Shown here: piece after piece, positions 58,012 through 64,000 of the stretch | Layout: every line of letters starts with the position of its first letter | Numbering within the stretch: the first letter of the stretch is position 1 | DNA from: the human T2T-CHM13v2.0 reference genome, Homo sapiens | Strand: one strand, 5' to 3' | Length of the DNA stretch: 64,000 bases | NCBI RefSeq assembly: GCF_009914755.1 | Contig: NC_060932.1 | The notes under the pieces: generated by a model | Told to the model about the DNA's origin: nothing | Seen by the model: only the letters and a program-made list of their open reading frames with translations | The model's database searches: none | Made by a program: the position numbers and the translations under genes

Positions 58012-61000
58012 AGGACTTCCGATAGATGATAGCAGACAGGAGGCAGGACTAGATTGCAGATCCGGATACTGCAGCATTGCGGAGGCTTGCATTGTGAAAC
58101 TTAACTCCAGATCAACTGCAAGAACAAACCAGCAATCCCGAGAGGATCCACAGACCCTCTGCAGGAAGCAGACTGCTCCTGCAGGACCCAGGAGACACCC
58201 CAAATACTGTAAGTGCCCCAACTGCAGAAGTGGGAAAAGGAAACCCTCCTTTCCCGGACACACACCCCCACTGGAGAAGCTTAAGGTCTGTTTGTGGGAG
58301 ATGTTCCCGACTTTACCTGGAGCTGAGTTGAGTTAGAGAGCCAAGCCAAGTGAAATACAGGGGTGGAGGAGGCAGCAGGGAGGCCCTGGGAGCTCACTGA
58401 ATCCCCAAGCAGCCCTTTCCTGCCTGACACTGCAGGGATCCATCAGGAGAGAGGCTGGAGGAGCAGGGGATAAAACCGCACTGGAGAGAAGGACTTCCTT
58501 AGCTGAACTTTGTAACAATTTCAGTGGGGACAGAAGCTTCCTAGCCAGAACTCTGGGGAGGGCGTGAATCCGGCTTACAGACATCACAGGCAGGGGAAGA
58601 ACTAAAGCCCTTTTCTTTCGTAGCTGGGAGGCAGAAAGCCTGAAAGCTTCTGGCAAGTTTTCAAGCCTGCCCTCCACCTGGAAACAGACTAGGGGCTGTT
58701 GCAGGTGTCACGGTGGGAATGGGACCGGCCCTTCGGTTTGCATGGGAGCTGGATGAGGCCTGTGACTGCCGGCTTTTCCTCACTTCCTCGACAACCTGCA
58801 TGACTCAGCAGAGGCAGCCATAATCCTCCTAGGTACTAGGTACACAACTCCAGTGACCTGGGAATCTCATCCCCATCCCCCACAGCAGCGCAGCAAGACT
58901 GGCCCAAGGAGAGTCTAAGCTCACACACGCCTAGCCCGGCCCCCAACTGATGGTCCCTCCCTACCCACCCTGGTAGTGGAAAACAAAGGACATATAATCT
59001 TGGTAGTTCTAGGGCCCAGTCCCTCTCTATACTACTACAGCTGATGCTTTCTGCAGAGCACCACCTCCTGGCAGGAGGTCAACCAGCACAAAAATAGAAC
59101 ATTAAACCACCCAAGCTAAGAAACGTCATGGAATCCACTTCACCCTCTGCCACCTCCACCAGAACAGGTGCTGGCATCCATGGCTGAGAGACCCATAGAG
59201 AGTTCATATCACAGATTTCTGTGCAGAAACCACCAGGACCAGCCAGGAGCTGTGTAGACTCGCTGGATGGCTAGACCCAGAAGAGAGACAACAATCACTG
59301 CAGTTCAGCTCACAGGAAGCCACAACCATGGGAAAAGGGGGTGAGTACTACATCAAGAGAACACCCTGTGGGACAAAAGAATCTGAACAACAGCCTTCAG
59401 CCCTAGACCTTCCCTCTGACAGAGCCCACTCAAATGAGAAGGAACCAGAAAACCAACCCTGGTAATATGACAACACAAGGCTCATCAATGATCCCAAAAA
59501 TCACACTAGTTCACCAGCAAAGGATCCAAACCAAGAAGAAATCCCTGACTTACGAGAAAAAGAATTCAGGAGGTTATTTATTAAGCTAATCAGAGAGGGA
59601 CCAGAGAAAGGCGAAGCTCAATGCAAGAGCTTGTATCAAAAAAAAAAAGATACAAGAAGTGAAAGGAGAAATATTCAATGAAATAGAGTGCTTAAAGAAA
59701 AAAACAATAAAAAATTCAGGAAACTTTGGACACACTTTTAGAAATGTGAAATGCTCTGGAAAGTCTCAGCAATAAAATTGAACAAGTAGAAGAAAGAAAT
59801 TCAGGCCTCGAAGACAAGGTCTTTGAACTAACCCAATCCAACAAAGACAAAGAAAAAAGAATAAGAAAATATGAACAAAGCCTCCAATAAGTCTGGGATT
59901 ATGTTATATGACCAAACCTAAGAATAATCGGTGTTCCTTAGGAAGAAGACAATTCTAAAAGCTTGGAAAACATGTTTGGGGGAATAATCGAGGAAAACTT
60001 CCCCAGCCTTGCCAGAGACCTAGACGTGCAAATACAAGAAGCACAAAGAACACCTGGGGAATTCATTGCAAAAAGATCTTCACCTAGGCACATTGTCATC
60101 AGGTTATCCAAAGTTAAGATGAAGGAAAGAATCTTAAGAGCTGTGAGACAGAAGCACCAGGTAACCTGTAAAGGAAAACCTATCAGATTAACAGCAGACT
60201 TCTCAGCAGAAACCTTACAGGCTAGAAGGGAGTAAGGCCCTATCTTCAACCTCCTCAAACAAAACAATCTTCAGCCAAGAATTTTGTAAACAGCGAAACT
60301 AAGCAACATATATGAAGGAAAGATACAGTCATTTTCAGGCAAACAAATGCTGAATTCACCATTACCAAGCCACCACTACAAGAACTGCCAAAAGGAGCTC
60401 GAAATCTTGAAACAAATCCTGGCAACACATCAAAACAGAATCTCTTTAAAGCATAAGGCACACAGGACCAATAAAACAAAAATATAAGTTAAAAAGTAAA
60501 AGCAAAAAACAAAGTATGCAGGCAACAAAGAGCACAATGAATGCAACAGTACCTCACATTTCAATACTAACATTGAATGTAAATGTACTCAATGCTCCAC
60601 TTAAAAGATAAGGAACTGCAGAATGGATAAAAGCTCACCAACCAACTATCTGCTGCCTTCAGGAGACTCACCTCACACATAAGGACTCACATAAACTTAA
60701 AGTAAAGGGGTGGAAAAAAGCATTTATGAAAATAGACACCCAGACAAAACAAACTTTAAAGCATCAGTGGTTAAAAGAGACAAAGAGGGACATTATATAA
60801 CAGTAAAAGGCCTTGTCCAACAGGACAATATCACAATCCTAAACATATATGCACCTAACACTGGAGCTCCCAAATTTATAAAACAATTACTAATAGACCA
60901 AAGAAATGAGATAGACAGCAACACATTAATACTGGGGGACTTCAATACTCTACTGACAGCACTAGACAGGTCATCAAGACAGAAAATCAACAAGGAAATA

Positions 61001-61804
61001 ATGGATCTAAACTATGCCTTGTAACAAATGGACATAACAGATATATACAGAACACTCCATTCAACAACCATAGAATACACATTCTATTCAACAGCCCATG
61101 GAACTTTCTCCAAGATAGATCATATGATAGGCCATAAAATGAGCCTCAATGAATTTAAGAAAATTGAAATCATATCAAGCATTCTCGCAGACCACAGTGG
61201 AATAAAATTGGAAATCAATTCCAAAAGGAACCCTCAAAACCATGGAAATACATGGAAATTAAATAACCTGCTCTTGATTGAGCATTGAGTCAAAAACAAA
61301 ATCAAGATGGAAATTAAAAAATTCTTCAAACTGAATGACAATAATGACACAACATATCAAAATCTCTGGGATACAGCTAAGGTGGTGCTAAGAGGAAAGT
61401 TTATAGCCCTAAATGTCAACATCAAAAAGTCTGAAAGAGCACAAACAGACAATCTAAGATCATGCCTCAAGGAACTAGAGAAATAAGAACAAACCAAACC
61501 CAAACCCAGCAGAAGAAAGGAAATTACCAAGATCAGAGCAGAACTAAACAAAATCAAAACTAAAAAAAGTACAAAAGATAAGTGAAACAAAAAGCTGGTT
61601 CTTTGAAAAGATAAATAAAATTGATAGACCATTAGCAAGATTAACCAAGAAAAGAAGAGAGAGAATCCAAATAACCTCACTGAGAAATGAAACAGGAGAT
61701 ATTACAACTGACACCACCGGAATGCAAAAGATCATTCAAGGCTGCTATGAACACCTATACACATATAAAGTAGAAAACCTACAAGAGATGGATAAATTCC
61801 TGGA
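58012..61804 (+). mobile_element. L1PB-type LINE-1 5' part (5'UTR, ORF1 ~59434-60456, ORF2 from ~60537), 3'-truncated and defective
   Basis: ORF1 remnant IIEENFPSLARDLDVQIQEAQRTP; endonuclease remnants ILNIYAPNTGAP, LGDFNT, FSKIDH, DHSGIKLE; multiple stop codons. Confidence 0.92.
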
Positions 61805-62744
61805 ATTCCTATCCATCCAGAAGAAAAAATGTTTATTCCTTCCTCATATACTTAGATTCCAGAAGAAAATCTAATATGAGCTTATTAGGTCTTCTCATCT
61901 AGAAACTTTCTGCCTCACCAGGCTCCTTGTACATTGTTTTGACAATTTTGATTAGCTAATCTCCAGCCACACTGAACATCAATCTGTTCCTTACGTATGT
62001 CATAACCTATTTAATCTTAACTGTTTCACTTTCTATAATTGTTATTTGGTAATAACATTACCTGTCTCCTAATTTTAAGAAAGCCTCTGGAGTATCTTTT
62101 ATTCCTTCCTTTCAACCATCTACATTTACTTGTTTAATGAAGTGAGGAGGCTGGATTTTCTAGAACAGTTCTAATGTATGCATTTTTTTCCAGACCTAAT
62201 TAATTTTAGATTAACAAATTATAGTGGCCGACATAGTGATCTCCATATCTCTGTTTATATCAGTTTGTTTATTTGTTTTATGTAATTGGCATTCAGAACA
62301 GAATTCTGTCTTTGTGACCACAAAGTGTTTTTCTGGCGTCATGTACCATCTTTCCTGGATCTCTTTCCCTTTGTGGTTTTGGGTTAGAGTCTACCAATGA
62401 GAGGCACTGATATAAGATTTGGAAGGAGACGCCGATACTATCCTAAGTGCAGTTGTCAGCAGATGCATAAAGGAGGGCTGGGCTTGGGGATCCTGTACAA
62501 ATGACTGAGATGTGCTATGGCTTCCTGGTGAGCTCCTTTCAGTAGCTGTTTCCATGACCTTTGTTCTCACTGCTCCAACAGTTGTGAGAATCTCTAACTT
62601 CTTTTATTAAAACCTCTCCTATTTGTAGTACCTCGAGTACATGCATGCACACATTTTTGTAATATCTGTGAAGACCTCATTAACATTTTTATTATAATTA
62701 AAAGTGTAAATTCTTATATCTCATCTCATTGTTCATTATATAAC

Positions 62745-62746
<2 letters not shown>

Positions 62747-62786
<40 letters not shown>
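62747..62786. repeat. (CA)n microsatellite
   Basis: Perfect AC run. Confidence 0.97.
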
Positions 62787-64000
62787 CCATGCCCTCTCCA
62801 CAGTCAGGTAAACTAGATACAATCTCAAATAGAAATAATAAAATGTTCTGAGTGTAATTATGGCTCTAGTTATTCCCACAATAATCAGAATCAAACGAAA
62901 AGGGCAAATATAATTTACTGGGCCCAACTACTTACACAAGAGCTATAACATGTATGAAAATTTGCAGACCACTTTGGTTAGCTTGATCCCATCATGGTGA
63001 TAAATCAAGACCAAAAATCATCATTCCTAGACATTCAAAAGTCACTTAACAAAGGTAAAACATCAACAGTGTGAAATGTCAAGACAGACCTTATGTTGCA
63101 GACCATAAATGTAATGTCACCTAGAGTTAGGAAGTAAAGGTAAGAAATCTTTAGCTGAAGTTTGGAATCCCCTCACATCTAAAGGATGAGTCTCAAGAAC
63201 ATTAGTAATCTCCCATGATGAGGCCCATTATGGTATATAGATTCTCTTAAACATTCTAGATTCTGTTTAATCTATTTCTTCACTAATTTCACTTCCAGAA
63301 ATATACATGCCCTTTATCTCTATGCTGATTTTTCACAAAACAAAGGGTTTTTGTAAAAAGCAACCTTTTCACAGGACTTACTGCATCCACAATGGTGAGT
63401 AATAGAAAAACCACAAAGTGGCATACACTGAACAATCAGAAATTTCCTTCTCCAGCTAACAGGCTCACTGTTACAACCTACCTTTCAATGTGGACCATTA
63501 AAATTTATGTCTCAGTATAGTAAGTGACAGATCAGTAGTAAGTGCTAATTTCACAAATACTCAGGGCTTGTCGCATCTCAAAAGACCGTTGGCCCTCACA
63601 AAAGTCTGTCTTCGTCATCCCCATCTACCTTTGGGTGCTCCCCACTCTACTATAGTTGCACCTGACAGTCACCCAGGAAATCTGCAGTTTATCATTGCTA
63701 TCTATCCTGGGTTCTTTATTTTTCTCAATCCCCTTTAGATGATCTGGGTTGATTTCTGGCTTTGGTCAATATTTCTTATTGCTGGTGTTATGTCATGTTT
63801 ATTTATTGTTTAATTCCTATCAGTCAGGCATTTGCTACATGTCACTCAGTGTACATGAGGCACTGGGAACTGCTGCAACTTCTTTCCACCTCTACAGCCT
63901 GGTCATAGCTTGAGTAAGTCTCTGACCTCTATAAGAGATCACAGGACCTTCTAATTCTCTCATTGAACCGTGTCCAGCCTGTCACACACCTTAGATTATG

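Noticed and set aside
58012-61804. Active LINE-1
   Set aside because: Stops and frameshifts in both ORFs, a deletion in the endonuclease, and no RT or 3' end

Overview
Repeat-rich, non-coding primate DNA (human/ape-like, AluY present). I found no host protein-coding exon or RNA gene; almost all listed ORFs are spurious or are transposon remnants. The main structure is a four-level nest at ~15.1-28.8 kb, all on the minus strand. An old L1PA15/16-type 3' end is interrupted by a full-length THE1D MaLR element. That element is interrupted by a near-complete but defective HERV9/LTR12-type gammaretroviral provirus (LTR-gag-pro-pol-env-LTR, 4-bp TSD), which itself carries a MER11 (HERV-K group) solo LTR and two Alus. 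The most interesting signals are in the provirus: a tRNA-Pro-type primer binding site, and a small AUG-initiated ORF with two hydrophobic segments between pol and env, arranged like a leaky-scanning (vpu/env-style) bicistronic unit. The window also holds several rearrangement scars: a ~345-bp local duplication, an inverted Alu-Alu fusion, a captured L1 ORF1 fragment and a fold-back breakpoint. Subfamily names come from recalled consensus features, not database searches, and boundaries of old repeats are approximate.
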